DNA of 64,000 nucleotides from the NCBI RefSeq assembly GCF_030028105.1, contig NC_092383.1, positions 86,819,921-86,883,920 of the forward strand, written 5' to 3'. The notes under the pieces were generated by a model. It was not told the DNA's origin. It saw only the letters and a program-made list of their open reading frames with translations, and did no database searches. This DNA comes from Mobula birostris (Eukaryota). Position 1 is the stretch's first letter. Every line of letters starts with the position of its first letter. The translations under genes were made by a program, and so were the position numbers. Positions 1 through 12,059 of this stretch are shown here, piece by piece.

Positions 1-272
1 AGGTGAGTTTGAAAGATAAAGGCTGGAGAAGAAGGGCTGGACTCTGATAGAAGAGGAGAGTGGACCATAGGAGAAAGGGAAGATGGAGGGGTTCCAGGGG
101 AGGTAGAGGCAGTTAAGAAAAGGTAAGAGGCCAGGGTGGGGAATTAAAGAAGAGTGAAGGGGGAAGGACTTTTATTTAACAGGATGGAGTAACCAATATT
201 CATGCCATTAGGTTAGAGGTTAACCAGATGAAATATAAGGTGTTGCTCCTTCACCCTGAGGGTGGCCTCGTC
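1..272 (-). mobile_element. Penelope-like element 3' fragment (end of GIY-YIG region)
   Basis: Reverse complement of about 190-272 reads DEATLRVKEQHLIFHLVNL*PNGMNI, resembling the C-terminus of Penelope ORFs, followed by a pyrimidine-rich tail. Confidence 0.6.
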
Positions 273-291
273 TGATTCTATACCACCCCAG

Positions 292-748
292 TGTGAGACA
301 ATAGAAGAATGGTGATATTAAATTGCACTTAATCAAGCCTTCAGGATAAAATCAGGGGAACCATTAAGTGGCCGTCTCCTGAATTAATACAGTATTAAAG
401 GCCTTTGTATAGTCACGGGGTCATTGCTCAACTTTGCAATAAAAGATATACATTTTGGGTGCCTGGTGCTTATGCTGAGAGGACCAGCCACAAGTCTATT
501 AAAATTCAGATATGCTGTTCATTTGGGATGTCCATCCATTATAAATATGCGATTCTGCAAAAGCTGCCAGTCTATTTTTAAAAATTAAAGTTAAGGGTTA
601 AGTAATAATAGCTATTAAATTGCATTTATTCACTGTTTGTTGTCTTTTTATTTACAAGGTATAAAGCATCACTGTACTGATGCTTGCAGAGAGCAGAAAT
701 AGACTCTCTCGATCTGCTGTGTTGAATAAAGTTCTTCTGTATCTCACA
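292..748. mobile_element. possible solo LTR
   Basis: Begins tgtgaga and ends tctcaca (7-bp inverted ends, TG..CA), with AATAAA near the 3' end (726-731). No target-site duplication found. Confidence 0.3.
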
Positions 749-924
749 TGTTCGGTGTTCATGTGGCTCAGTTCAGCACTCACAACAATCTCGTAGAGTT
801 ACAGAGCAATACAGCATGGATAAAGGCCTTTCGGCCCAGACTGTCCATGCTGACTGCAGTGCCCACCCCAGCTGCTCCCAGTTCAGGTAGGAGAAGTCTA
901 GTGAACACACACCAGTGCACAGTG

Positions 925-1660
925 AGGGATCAGCAGTGAAAAGGGTGAGCAGTTTCAAGTTCCTCAGTGCCAACATCTCTGAATATCTATCCTGGGCCCA
1001 ACATATTGATGCAATTACAATGGAGGCATAATGGCGGCATATTTCATCGGAAGTTTGAGGAGACTTGGTATGTCGTCAGTGATACTCACAGATTTCAACA
1101 GATGTACGGTGGAGAGCATTCTAACTGAATCCATCATTGTCTGGCATGGAGGGGTAATTGTACAGTAAAATCTGCAGAAAGTTTAAACTCAGCCAATTCC
1201 ATCGTGGGCACTATCTTCCCACAATCAAAGACACTTTCAAAAGGTAATGCCTCAAAAAGACAGTATACATCATTGAGGACCCTCTTTACATAGGGCATGC
1301 CCTCTCCTCATTGCTACCATCAAGGAGAATGTACTCAAGCCTTAAATCAAACACTCATTGTTTCAGGAACAGCTTCAAACCCTCAACCAGCAGATTGGTG
1401 AATGGACAGTGAACCCATGAACACTATAACACTACTTTTTCCTCCTTTATGCATTTAATTTAATTATTTTTCACACTTTCACAATACTTTCTGTAAATTT
1501 CAGTGTTTTAATAATTAATACACTGAAACTTGCAATAGGTATATATATATATATATAGTAATTTACAGTGTTTTATTATTATGTCTATCAATGAAACTCT
1601 GATGTGACCCATCAAATTTCACGACATAGGGCAGTGATATTAAACCGGATTCTGATTCTC
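925..1660 (+). mobile_element. Rex1/Babar-like (L2-related) LINE 3' fragment
   Basis: Degenerate RT C-terminal motifs (YRCTVESILT-like) and a gattct-repeat tail. Same family recurs at 30920-31870, 13300-13740, 22250-22510 and 46787-47073. Confidence 0.65.
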
Positions 1661-3329
1661 ATTTCCTGCATTCAGCCCACATCTCTCTGAGCCCTGCCAC
1701 TTCATGTACCTATCCATGTGCTTCTTAAATGGGTACGTTTGTACCTGCCTTATCACTTCCTCTGGAAGACTCTGCAACTCAAACTTCTGCTGCCTTGCAG
1801 TAATACCCACTCATGGGTAAGGCTTGGGGAGTATCTGGAGCTGGAGTCCCTATTCCAGTCCGACATTGAGTTCAATGCTGAATGGCAACTCCTGTGATGC
1901 TGCTGGTGCCAAACTGTATTTATATCTGCCATTCCTTTGGAATCATTGGCTGTGTGAAGAAGGCGAGCCTGCTACATGGGCAACAGCTTACACTCTATAT
2001 TGTACTGGCTTGCTTATCATGTAGACTGCTGGGACACAGCATACAAGGTCAACCGTGACCAACAGAGCACCACTTATTATTTTTTTTTTTAATTTCTCAG
2101 CTCAAGCTGGTAAAATTTGAGGTACGGGCATAGCCAAGCACACACATTTCTTAATTGCTATGAACTTTCCGACTGTTCTAGTGGTGTTTGGTATTGTGGA
2201 TTTCTGAAGACTTACATAGATACTAGACAATGGGGTGACCTATTGGGGCACCCTTTGAGAGAAGAGTAGTGCAATCTGATGTGACCAGAATGAACATTTT
2301 AAATTTTCCTCAATGCTATTGGTATCACTTTGCTTTGGAAACTGAAGTAGAAAACCTCAGTTTATTAAAGAAGAATGACATGTAGCAAAGCAAATATAGC
2401 TCCTCCTCATTTAATGAAGGACACTTTTGATGGCATCATTTCTGGTTTATCTGCTACCCTTGTGCCTCTCATTGTCATTCTGAAAATGTGCAGTCCTTTC
2501 ATCCCCCATCTCTTCATCCTTCATCCTTCATCTCACTGATCTCTGATCTTGGAGACATTCATGCCTCTCCTCCTCTGTCTCTTCTTCTCTCATCTTTTTT
2601 TGTCCTGACTCTATGATCCTGGAGTCTTGTGGCCCTGGCCTCATCCGATTCTTGTTCTCTCCATCTCCTTACCAGTTCCCAACGACGTTTGGCGTCATCT
2701 CTTGATTATAATGTCCCCCTTCCCTTTCCACGCGGCATAATTAGGCTGACCATTTTTTTTTTACCCTAATGCTGGATAGAAGATATGAAGCAGTAACACC
2801 AAAGGATGCTGATTATTCTTGATGTGGTTGGCACTTCCCTAAATGGATGTGATATAGTCACCGCTGTCCTTTGACTGCAGCAAAGGGTTTTATGGGTATC
2901 TTGAAGTACGTCATTACAATAAGATTTAATTATCCCTTATTGATGGGTGGCAGTTAGATTTGTCCCAATCCTGCACATGCTGATGGTGATTAGCAGAATG
3001 TGACCCCTCGAAATAGAGCTGCCCTGCCATTTTGATCCAGTAGGTGTCGCTGCTGAGGCTGGCTGTGTGCATGCATTGGGCTGTCACGTCCCGATTTCCA
3101 TGATGATGGATCAGCTCTTGGGTGAATGCGAGCCTGTTGATTTGGAGAATGAGCAATTTTATACAAATATATAACCCTGAACTTTGCCTACATTCTGTAA
3201 CTTAGCGCATTTTAATTCGATTTAGCCAAAAGAAGTGCCACTGTAATACACCGTTTGCCCTAATTGGAGGTCACAAACAGACAAACAGACAGACAGAGCT
3301 TGAGAGTTTTAGTAGTACATAGATTACCG

Positions 3330-3833
3330 TGCAACCCTAATTGTTTAATGCTATTGTGCAGTGCCTTTGGGATGATACTAGTTGTAGATTTTACTATCAG
3401 GCAATGTATACCCTGTTCATGTTCCAAAGTCTTTCAATTTCCTCTTTTAATTCAGCATGTTCCTGCTGTTTTTCATTTATTGATTTCTGTAAGTTAGGTG
3501 GGTTTGGAATAGCTTTATCTACTACATGAGTTGTTCTTACTTAATTATTGTGTATTATTATTTCTGGACATTATTATAGATTGTCCTATCTGTAATAACT
3601 GATGAGTCGTAATATAATTTGTGGTATTGTGACTCTAAAATTGGATCAGGCTTGGATTTATAGTAAAGTGTGATTTCATTTCTGAGTTTGTATTTTAAAG
3701 CAAGATTTTGATGAATGATGTTTGCCACTTGATTGAGCCTGCGTAAGTAATCAGATTGTGTTAAACCGCTACAGGATCCCCTTAATGCGTTGGATTGTTT
3801 CTGTTCTTTCTTGTCATGATCTATATTTATCAT
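3330..3833 (-). mobile_element. R4/Dong-like non-LTR retrotransposon fragment (restriction-like endonuclease region)
   Basis: ORF 3558-3833 CSGLTQSDYLRRLNQVANIIHQNLALKYKL..KLYYDSSVITDRTIYNN continues downstream as a degenerate ..AIPNPPNLQKSINEK..LKEEIERLWNMNRVY, as in PD-(D/E)xK endonucleases of R4/Dong elements. Confidence 0.65.
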
Positions 3834-4619
3834 CTTGAATTTGTTGGTCTTTTATTATGTATTTTTGGTATGTTTATATTATTATTATTATTTCTACTTT
3901 TCTTTTCGTATTTGTATGTTGGTTCTTTGTCCATTTCTGTTGTGTGTGGTTTTTCACTGATTCTATTGTGATTCATTCTATTAACCCACAGGAAAATGAA
4001 TCTCAGGGTTATATGTGGTGACATGTATGTATTTTGATAATCAAATTACTTTGAACTATCCATACACTCACTACCCTCTGTATCAAAAAGTTGACCATCG
4101 GGTCTCTTTTAAATCTGCCCCTTCTCACCCTAAGTCTATGGCCTTATTTTTGGAGTCCCCTACCCTGGGGTGAAATAAAACTGTTACCATCTACCTTATC
4201 TATGTCTCCCATAATCTTAAACACTTCTATAAGGTCATTCTTCATTTTCCTGCATTCCAAGGAATAATGATCTAACCTGGCCAACCTCTCACTATAACTC
4301 ATTGCCCTCTTGTCCTGACAACATCCTTGTAAAACTTCTCTGCACTATTTTGGTTTAACCATATCTTTCATCTAGCAGGGTGACGAAAACTATACAAAGT
4401 ACTCAACAACAAATTATGCAACTGCAGCATAATATCCCAATTCCTGTACTTGGTGTCCAGACTGATGAAGGCCAGTGTGCTGAATGTTTATTTCACACCA
4501 CCTTTGCAGAGTTTTCAGTGAACTATGCACTTGTACTCCTGGGTTATTCTGTCGCATTATGCACCCTAACACCAAATCATTATAAATCAGATGGTGGCTT
4601 GACATCCAAAATGCATCTT

Positions 4620-5220
4620 TTTTTAACAAAACTATAAAAGTTTATTTACAACACAGAGGTACAGACAATCAATATCTAGTCATAGTCACAGTCATACTTT
4701 ATTAATCCCGGGGGAAATTTACAACACAGTAAGTATACTGAAGTTAAAATATGGTTACTACAATATATAAAAACAGTCAATACCATGGTGGGGTCCACCG
4801 TTTATGGAAGTCCTCCGATGTGCCCGCTGCGACAGCCGGACGTGAACGTATCCTCAGGGAAAAGGGCAGGCAGTCGGCCCGGGCAGCACTCTCCACCTTC
4901 CGCCACCTAGACCCATGAATGGCCATCTTGGCCAGGATCAGGAACAAGCCCACCAGGAGGTCCAGCAACCAAGGCAAGTCCAGTCAGCAGACGAAGGCAG
5001 GGAAGTGAAAGGTGTGCAGGAGCAGCCTGTATAAGAAGCACTTCAGCACGTCCTGGAATGGCATGGAAGGCATCCCCATGAGATGGCCAACAACCGCACT
5101 TATATTTATTGAAATCCATTTGCCACTCCTAAGTGCACCTCCCTAACTGATCAAGAAACTCCTGTAATCTATAGCAACCTTCTCCAGTATCAGTAACATC
5201 TCTTAATGTTGCGCCCTCCG
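4620..5220 (-). mobile_element. Tx1/L1-like ORF2 3' fragment
   Basis: ORF 4777-4977 LLVGLFLILAKMAIHGSRWRKVESAARADCLPF resembles Tx1 ORF2 C-termini; aataaa and an A-rich end near 4620-4650 on the minus strand. Confidence 0.55.
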
Positions 5221-5919
5221 GAGACTTACTTGTGCGTTTGCATCGGAACGATTGATAAAAAATAAATAAGGAATAACAAGAGCCGAGACACTGATACTTG
5301 TGGCATGACAGGAGTCACCAACCTCCATTCCGAGAAACAGCCTTCAAGCACCAACTTTTGCTTCCTACCTCAAGTCAATGTTGATTCCTCCTAGCTATCT
5401 CTCCATGGATTCCTGATTAACCTCCATTATGGGGCCTTCTTGAAGTCAAATTAGACTACATCCAAGGCTCTAAAAATTTGGCCAGGCATCACTTTCCCTG
5501 GGAAAGTGATCGTGTGGTTTACTCTTTCTGTGCCCCCCACGGCTTTATGCCTCTCCATAAGATCAGTAGACATCTACAAGGTCACTGAAGCAAAGAATAT
5601 TTCACCTAAACCCACAGCTTTGCTCCTTCTTCAGCAACAAGTTTCCCAAATGTGTTTGTTTGAATTCTTATTAAGGCAGGTCCAGAACAAGTGTAAGTCA
5701 ATAACTCCGCAAAGTTTAGAACAGAGAGAGATGGTAAAGTAGGTGGTGAAGAGAGCTTATGGCATTGGGCCAGCATTGAGCAGTCAAGAATTCATGATGC
5801 AAGTGTATAAAAACATAGTTAGGGCACATTCGTGGTTGGTGTGTAGATGTGTTTCCTGCATCACAGGAAGGATGTGGAAATATTGGAGAGATTGTAGAGG
5901 AGGTTAACCAGATTGTTTC

Positions 5920-8725
5920 ATAGAAACATAGAAACATAGAAAATAGGTGCAGGAGTAGGCCATTCGGCCCTTCAAGCCTGCACCGCCATTTATTATGATC
6001 ATGGCTGATCATCCAACTCAGAACCCCGCCCCGGCCTTCCCTCCGTACCCCCTGACCCCCATAGCCACAGGGGCCATATCTAACTCCCTCTTAAATATAG
6101 CCAATGAACTGGTCTCAACTGTTTCCTGTGGCAGAGAATTCCACAGATTCACCACTATCTGTGTGAAGAAGTTTTTCCTAATCTCGGTCCTAAAAGGCTT
6201 CCCCTCTATCCTCAAACTGTGGCCCCTCGTTCTGGACTTCCCCAACATCGGGAACAATCTTCCTGCATCTAGCCTGTCCAATCCCTTTAGGATCTAGTAC
6301 GTTTCAATCAGATCCCCCCTCAATCTTCTAAATTCCAACGAGTACAAGCCCAGTTCATCCAGTCTTTCTTCATATGAAAGTCCTGCCATCCCAGCAATCA
6401 ATCTGGTGAACCTTCTTTGTACTCCCTCTATGGCAAGGATGTCTTTCCTCAGATTATGGGACCAAAACTGCACACAATACTGCAGGTGTGGTCTCACCAA
6501 GGCCTTGTACAACTGCAGTAGTACCTCCCTGCTCCTGTACTCGAATCCTCTCGCTATAAATGCCAGCATACCATTCGTCTTTTTCACCGCCTGCTGTACC
6601 TGCATGCCCACTTTCAATGACTGGTGTATAATGACACCCAGGTCTCATTGCACCTCCCCTTTTCCTAATCGGCCACCATTCAGATAATAATCTGTTTTCC
6701 TATTTTTGCCACCAAAGTGGATAACTTCACATTTATCCACATTAAGTTGCATCTGCCATGAATTTGCCCACTCACCCAACCTATCCAAGTCACCCTGCAT
6801 CCTCTTTGCATCCTCCTCACAGCTAACACTGCCACCCAGCTTCGTGTCATCCGCAAACTTGGAGATGCTGCATTTAATTCCCTTATCCAAGTCATTAATA
6901 TATATTGTAAACAACTGGGGTCCCAGCACTGAGCCTTGCGGTACCCCACTAATCACCGCCTGCCATTCTGAAAAGGTCCCGTTTATTCCCACTCTTTGCT
7001 TCCTGTCTGCTAACCAATTCTCCACCCACACCAATACCTTACCCCCAATACCGTGTGCTTTAAGTTTGCACACTAATCTCCTGTGTGAGACCTTGTCAAA
7101 AGCCTTTTGAAAATCCAAATATACCACATCCACTGGTTCTCCCCTATCCACTCTACTAGTTACATCCTCAAAAAATTCTATGAGATTCGTCAGACATGAT
7201 TTTCCTTTCACAAATCCATGCTGACTTTGTCCGATCATTTCACCGCTTTCCAAATGTGCTGTTATCACATCCTTGATGACTGACTCCAGCAGTTTCCCCA
7301 CCACCGACTTTGGGCTAACCGGTCTATAATTCCCCGGTTTCTCTCTCCTTCCTTTTTTAAAAAGTGGAGTTACATTAGCCACCCTCCAATCCTCAGGAAC
7401 TAGTCCAGAATCTAACGAGTTTTGAAAAATTATCACTAATGCATTCACTATTTCTTGGGCTACTTCCTTAAGCACTCTAGGATGCAGACCATCTGGCCCT
7501 GGGGATTTATCTGCCTTCAATCCCTTCAATTTACCTAACACCACTTCCCTACTAACATGTATTTCGCTCAGTTCCTCCATCTCACTGGACCCTCTGTCTC
7601 CTACTATTTCTGGAAGATTATTTATGTCCTCCTTAGTGAAGACAGAACCAAAGTAATTATTCAATTGGTCTGCCATGTCCTTGCTCCCCATAATCAATTC
7701 ACCTGTTTCTGTCTGCAGGGGACCTACATTTGTCTTTACCAGTCTTTTCCTTTTTACATATCTATAAAAGCTTTTACAGTCCGTTTTTATGTTCCCTGCC
7801 AGTTTTCTCTCATAATCTTTTTTCCCCTTCCTAATTAAGCCCTTTGTCCTCCTCTGCTGAACTCTGAATTTCTCCCAGTCCTCAGGTGAGCCACTTTCTC
7901 TGGCTAATTTGTATGCTTCTCTTTGGAATTGATACTATCCCTAATTTCTCTTGTCAGCCACGGGTGCACTACCTTCCTTGATTTATTCTTTTGCCAAACT
8001 GGGATGAACAATTGTTGTAGTTCATCCATGCAACCTTTAAATGCTTGCCATTGCATATCCACCGTCAATCCTTTAAGTGTCATTTGCCAGTCTATCTTAG
8101 CTAATTCATGTCTCATACCTTCAAAGTTACTCCTCTTTAAGTTCAGAACCTTTGTTTCTGAATTAACTATGTCACTCTCCATCTTAATGAAGAATTCCAC
8201 CATATTATGGTCACTCTTACCCAAGGGGCCTCTCACGACAAGATTGCTAATTAACCCTTCCTCATTGCTCAAAACCCAGTCCAGAATAGCCTGCTCTCTA
8301 GTTGGTTCCTCGACATGTTGGTTCAAAAAACCATCCCGCATACATTCCAAGAAATCCTCTTCCTCAGCACCTTTACCAATTTGGTTCACCCAATCTACAT
8401 GTAGATTGAAGTCACCCATTATAACTGCTGTTCCTTTATTGCACACATTTCTAATTTCCTGTTTAATACCAACTCTGACCTCACTACTACTGTTAGGTGG
8501 CCTGTACACAACTCCCACCAGCGTCATCTGCCCCTTAGTGTTACGCAGCTCTACCCATCTCGATTCCACATCTTCCCGGCTTATGTCCTTCCTTTCTATT
8601 GCGTTAATCTCTTCTTTAACCAGCAACGCCACCCCACCTCCCCTTCCTTCATGTCTATCCCTCCTGAATATTGAATATCCCTGAACGTTGAGCTCCCACC
8701 CCTGGTCACCCTGGAGCCATGTCTC
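5920..8725 (-). mobile_element. CR1 LINE, 5'-truncated, near-complete frameshifted ORF2 (AP endonuclease + RT)
   Basis: ORFs 7904-8632 (VGVVYRPP, GDFN, SDHN endonuclease motifs), 6645-7697 (RT, KFADD), 6294-6617 and 6018-6281. Tail is a catagaaa repeat; tgtttc occurs at both ends (5914-5919, 8726-8731). Confidence 0.95.
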
Positions 8726-9803
8726 TGTTTCCTGTATTAGAAGACCATAAGACCAAAAGACATAGAAGCAGAATTAGGCCTTTCTTCCCATAGAGTCTAC
8801 TCCACCATTCAAACATGGCTTATTTCTCTCTCTTCTCTTATTTTCCTGTCTTCTCTCCGAAACCTTTGACGCCCTTACTAATCAAACTCCACTTTAAATA
8901 GATCCAATGACTTGACCTCAAAACTGTTTCTATAGCAGTGTTTGAATACCTGTAGACACTAAAGATGTCAGAAACTAGAGGTCAGAGTTCACTCTTGGAG
9001 GAACTCAGTGGGTCAAACTGCATTTGTCAGGGGGAAGAAAAATGTCAATGGTTTGGGTCGAGACCCTGCATCAAGTGTGAGTGGAGAGGGAGAGAGTGTA
9101 AATAGGAGAGGAGGAGGTGTGAGACTGAATCTACTTAGTGGTGACAACTGAGGAGGGGTGAAGCACAGCAGGCAAATGGAATGGGGAGGAAATAGGGTGG
9201 AGTTTGGAGGTGGGTGAGAGATGGAAGCAGATAAGGAGAAAAGGGGAATAGTGTGGAACCAGGTGTGGGAAGACTATATCCAGCTGGAGAAATCTCCTGG
9301 AGGGTGTTAAGCAAGAACATCAGGTCTACCATTGCCGGAATCTGATTTCACTCTGCAGGGATCACTACGACAATTGACGTCATTGTCTTGAGATCAGAGA
9401 TTTCTGTCCTGAAAGGTCTTTCCGATCCAGATGGGATTTTGACAGTCTGGTAGCTGATCACTACCATTATCGATATGTGATTTTTTTATTGCAGAAATAA
9501 TTAATAAATTGTATTTAAACACTCAATGTAACCTTTCAGAAATTGCAATCACACCTGGATTTCTGGGCACTAAAGTGGCAACAACCACTGTTGCAGCACC
9601 TTCTAACTACACAGAGAAATACTTGACAGGTACAAAATATAAAATTTCCATCAGAACCAGAGGGCACAGTTACAGACGTCATGAGGGGTTTCTTTCTGCA
9701 GGTTATAAAATTGTATGTGAGGAGCAAGTCAGGACATTGGCCTCAAGTGACCCTACCAACCCCATCTCAACCCAAGAGTTCCCTGGAATCTGAGACAAAT
9801 AAA

Positions 9804-9806
<3 letters not shown>

Positions 9807-9860
<54 letters not shown>
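9807..9860. repeat. (AC)27 microsatellite
   Basis: Read directly from the sequence. Confidence 0.95.
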
Positions 9861-9862
<2 letters not shown>

Positions 9863-10226
9863 GTCTGGAAGCCTCCCAAATGAAATATCTGGCATCGTTG
9901 TGTACTTTTGAAAGGCTGATCGTAATCTGAGGTAACTGAAAGCTCAACACTGCTGCTCTCCCTCAGTACTGCACTGGAAGATCAGCCCTGGGTTTCTGCT
10001 CAGGACTCTGGTGTGGGAAGTGAACCCACAATGTACTGACACAGGGGAGAGAGCACTGACACAGTAACAGCACTGACTGCACTTCACACCAAAATCATTG
10101 GCTGGGGTGTCATGGTCAACATGCTGGACGTGACCTGGACCTGATTTTACTGTCAAGTTCAAAAATATTTTTTACATTAATTTGTTCCTTTCCCCTCAAA
10201 TCTGAAAATGCCCTCCTCAGTTTCAG

Positions 10227-10545
10227 TTATATTGTGGGCAGAAAATACATAAGAGGAGTTGTGGGAAGAGAGATCACAAACGAATGTCACTATGAAGCAA
10301 AGTACTACTCGTGCACAAAGTATTGGTGCCATGGATGGACTCAACAATGTTCAGTTTTAGTGGAAACAAATGGGCATCACAGATGGAGTGGACGAGTGTC
10401 AATCACAGATAACATGGAATGGAGAATATTTACTGTTACTATGGTGGATCTTCGCTCTGGAGATACAGGATGGTACAGCTGTGGAAGTATAACAACAGGT
10501 CCCAATTTGATGATTAATGTACAATTAATGTACAAGTGTCTGATG
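10227..10545 (+). pseudogene. Unit A V-type Ig exon, frameshifted
   Basis: Acceptor tttcag and donor gtagg match the B V1 exon. A 1-nt deletion gives TAA at 10250-10252, and there is a 5-nt insertion near 10520-10530 (319 nt versus 315 nt in intact copies). Confidence 0.9.
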
Positions 10546-10589
10546 GTAGGTTTCTCAGAGACTGATTTTGTACTTCCAACAAAATAAAT

Positions 10590-10885
10590 GTCTCAGTAGA
10601 GGAGGCCATGGACTGACATGTCGGAATAGGAATGGGAAGTAGAACTGAAATGGGTGGCCACTGGGAGATCCAGTCTTTTTCTGGTGGATGGAGCATAGGT
10701 GCTCAGTGAAACAGTCTCCTAATCTATGTCAGATCTCACCGACATACATGAGTTGACACCGGGAGCACTGGATATAGTAGATGACCCAGCAAACTCATAG
10801 GTGAAGTGTCACCTCAGCTGGTAGGACTGTTTGGGGCCCTGAATGGTTGTGAGGGAGGGGGTGTAGGGGCAGGTGTGGCACTTGC
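10590..10885 (-). mobile_element. Penelope-like GIY-YIG endonuclease fragment
   Basis: Reverse complement reads approximately KCHTCPYT..IQGPKQS..HFT....VIYYIQCSRCQLMYVGE..RLGDCF.EH. Confidence 0.7.
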
Positions 10886-11364
10886 TTGCAATTCTAATTT
10901 GTCTGCGTGATTTCATGTCCCTTCTCCCTTTCGCCATCAGTCACACGTCATTTATTATCTTTCACATCTATCCGCATGGATTCTATCACTGTCTTCCTTA
11001 CAGCAGTGTCCACTTCCTTCAATTGTATTTCTTTATCACTGTCGCACCTCTGCACTTCACTATTTCCTTCTCTTCCTTTCCAAAATTTATTTTCACTTTG
11101 CAATTTCTGATTTACAGTCTTCATTTTTGTGCAGTCATGTCCCAGTAATTAGGTCTGTAGCTGATGATCAGAGGTTATTTTATCTCTCTCTCAGTTGAAC
11201 ACTACTTTAGTCTCCTATTTGAACCCCCCCCCCACCCCGCCAGTTCAGCTGCTTTACCTCACTCCACTCCACTAAGATTACAGTGGAAATAGGAGGCAAA
11301 TGTTTCAAATGCAAAGCCACCTCATTTCCTCGCAATGATTCTATAACTCTTCCATTTTGCTCAG

Positions 11365-11455
11365 TTTCATGATATGGAAGGTGGGTCGTTGGCTGCTCTT
11401 CGCTCTCCTGATGATCAGCACGAGTTCAGTCGTGTGGTTCACAAGGGAAACTAAG
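11365..11455 (+). pseudogene. Unit A transmembrane exon
   Basis: Acceptor gctcag; encodes FMIWKVGRWLLFALLMISTSSVVWFTRETK; weak donor gtagac; paralog of 47431-47521. Confidence 0.8.
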
Positions 11456-11710
11456 GTAGACTTAAGGAAATCAGTGGAATCAAATATACTGATCATTTGA
11501 GGAAAAACTTTAAAATATATGAATCCTTTCTTATCCTGTAGTCAAATTCAATTTTATGCAGATGATATGGCTTGGCTTTGACATGGTCTCTTGTGTGTAG
11601 AATGAATGGAATACTTGCTTCAGACAGAATTCCATTGTGAGTGACCGTGTGAACTAAAGCAGAGATCCCATTGTTGAAGAATCTGATGGGTTGACCATTG
11701 CCTTTTGCAG

Positions 11711-11761
11711 AGACGTGATGAATCTGATCCTTTCAGTCTGGTGGTCCAGGAGGTAAAGTGA
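11711..11761 (+). pseudogene. Unit A cytoplasmic-tail exon
   Basis: Acceptor ttgcag; encodes RRDESDPFSLVVQEVK*; paralog of 47770-47817. Confidence 0.7.
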
Positions 11762-12059
11762 AGACTCCCAGATTACACTGACTGTTCTGGAATTTTGCAT
11801 CAAGATCAAATATTCATTCTTCTGCACACTTTGTGCAGAGAAAATTAACCTCTTGTCATTAAACTGTTGACTCCATGAAAATGAAAACCGACCAAGAGAT
11901 AATGTCGCCATCCTTCAAGTCAGTGACTTTGATTTTTGATTTCCTTCTCCAACATGTTACCCTCATCGGTGTCAGTATTACGACAGTTTTATCTCTGCAG
12001 ATGCCTCCTGATTCACTGAGTATTTCCATTATTGGCAAATTTCATTTCAGATAGTCACA

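Larger units (their letters stand above)
8921..11761 (+). pseudogene. Unit A: CD300/pIgR-like receptor pseudogene (V, TM and tail exons; no promoter or leader)
   Basis: Intron-1 homology to units B and C from about 8921; frameshifted V exon 10227-10545; TM exon 11365-11455; last exon 11711-11761. Confidence 0.85.

Noticed and set aside
6406-8684. Long plus-strand ORFs (e.g. 7923-8684, 6706-7110)
   Set aside because: Antisense shadows of CR1 ORF2.
9135-9332. Recurrent ORFs in intron 1 of A, B and C (also 28329-28616, 61324-61695)
   Set aside because: Low-complexity translations of a shared Penelope-derived repeat; frames are not conserved between copies.
9681-9950. His-Thr and Val-Cys repeat ORFs
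   Set aside because: Translations of the (AC)n microsatellite.
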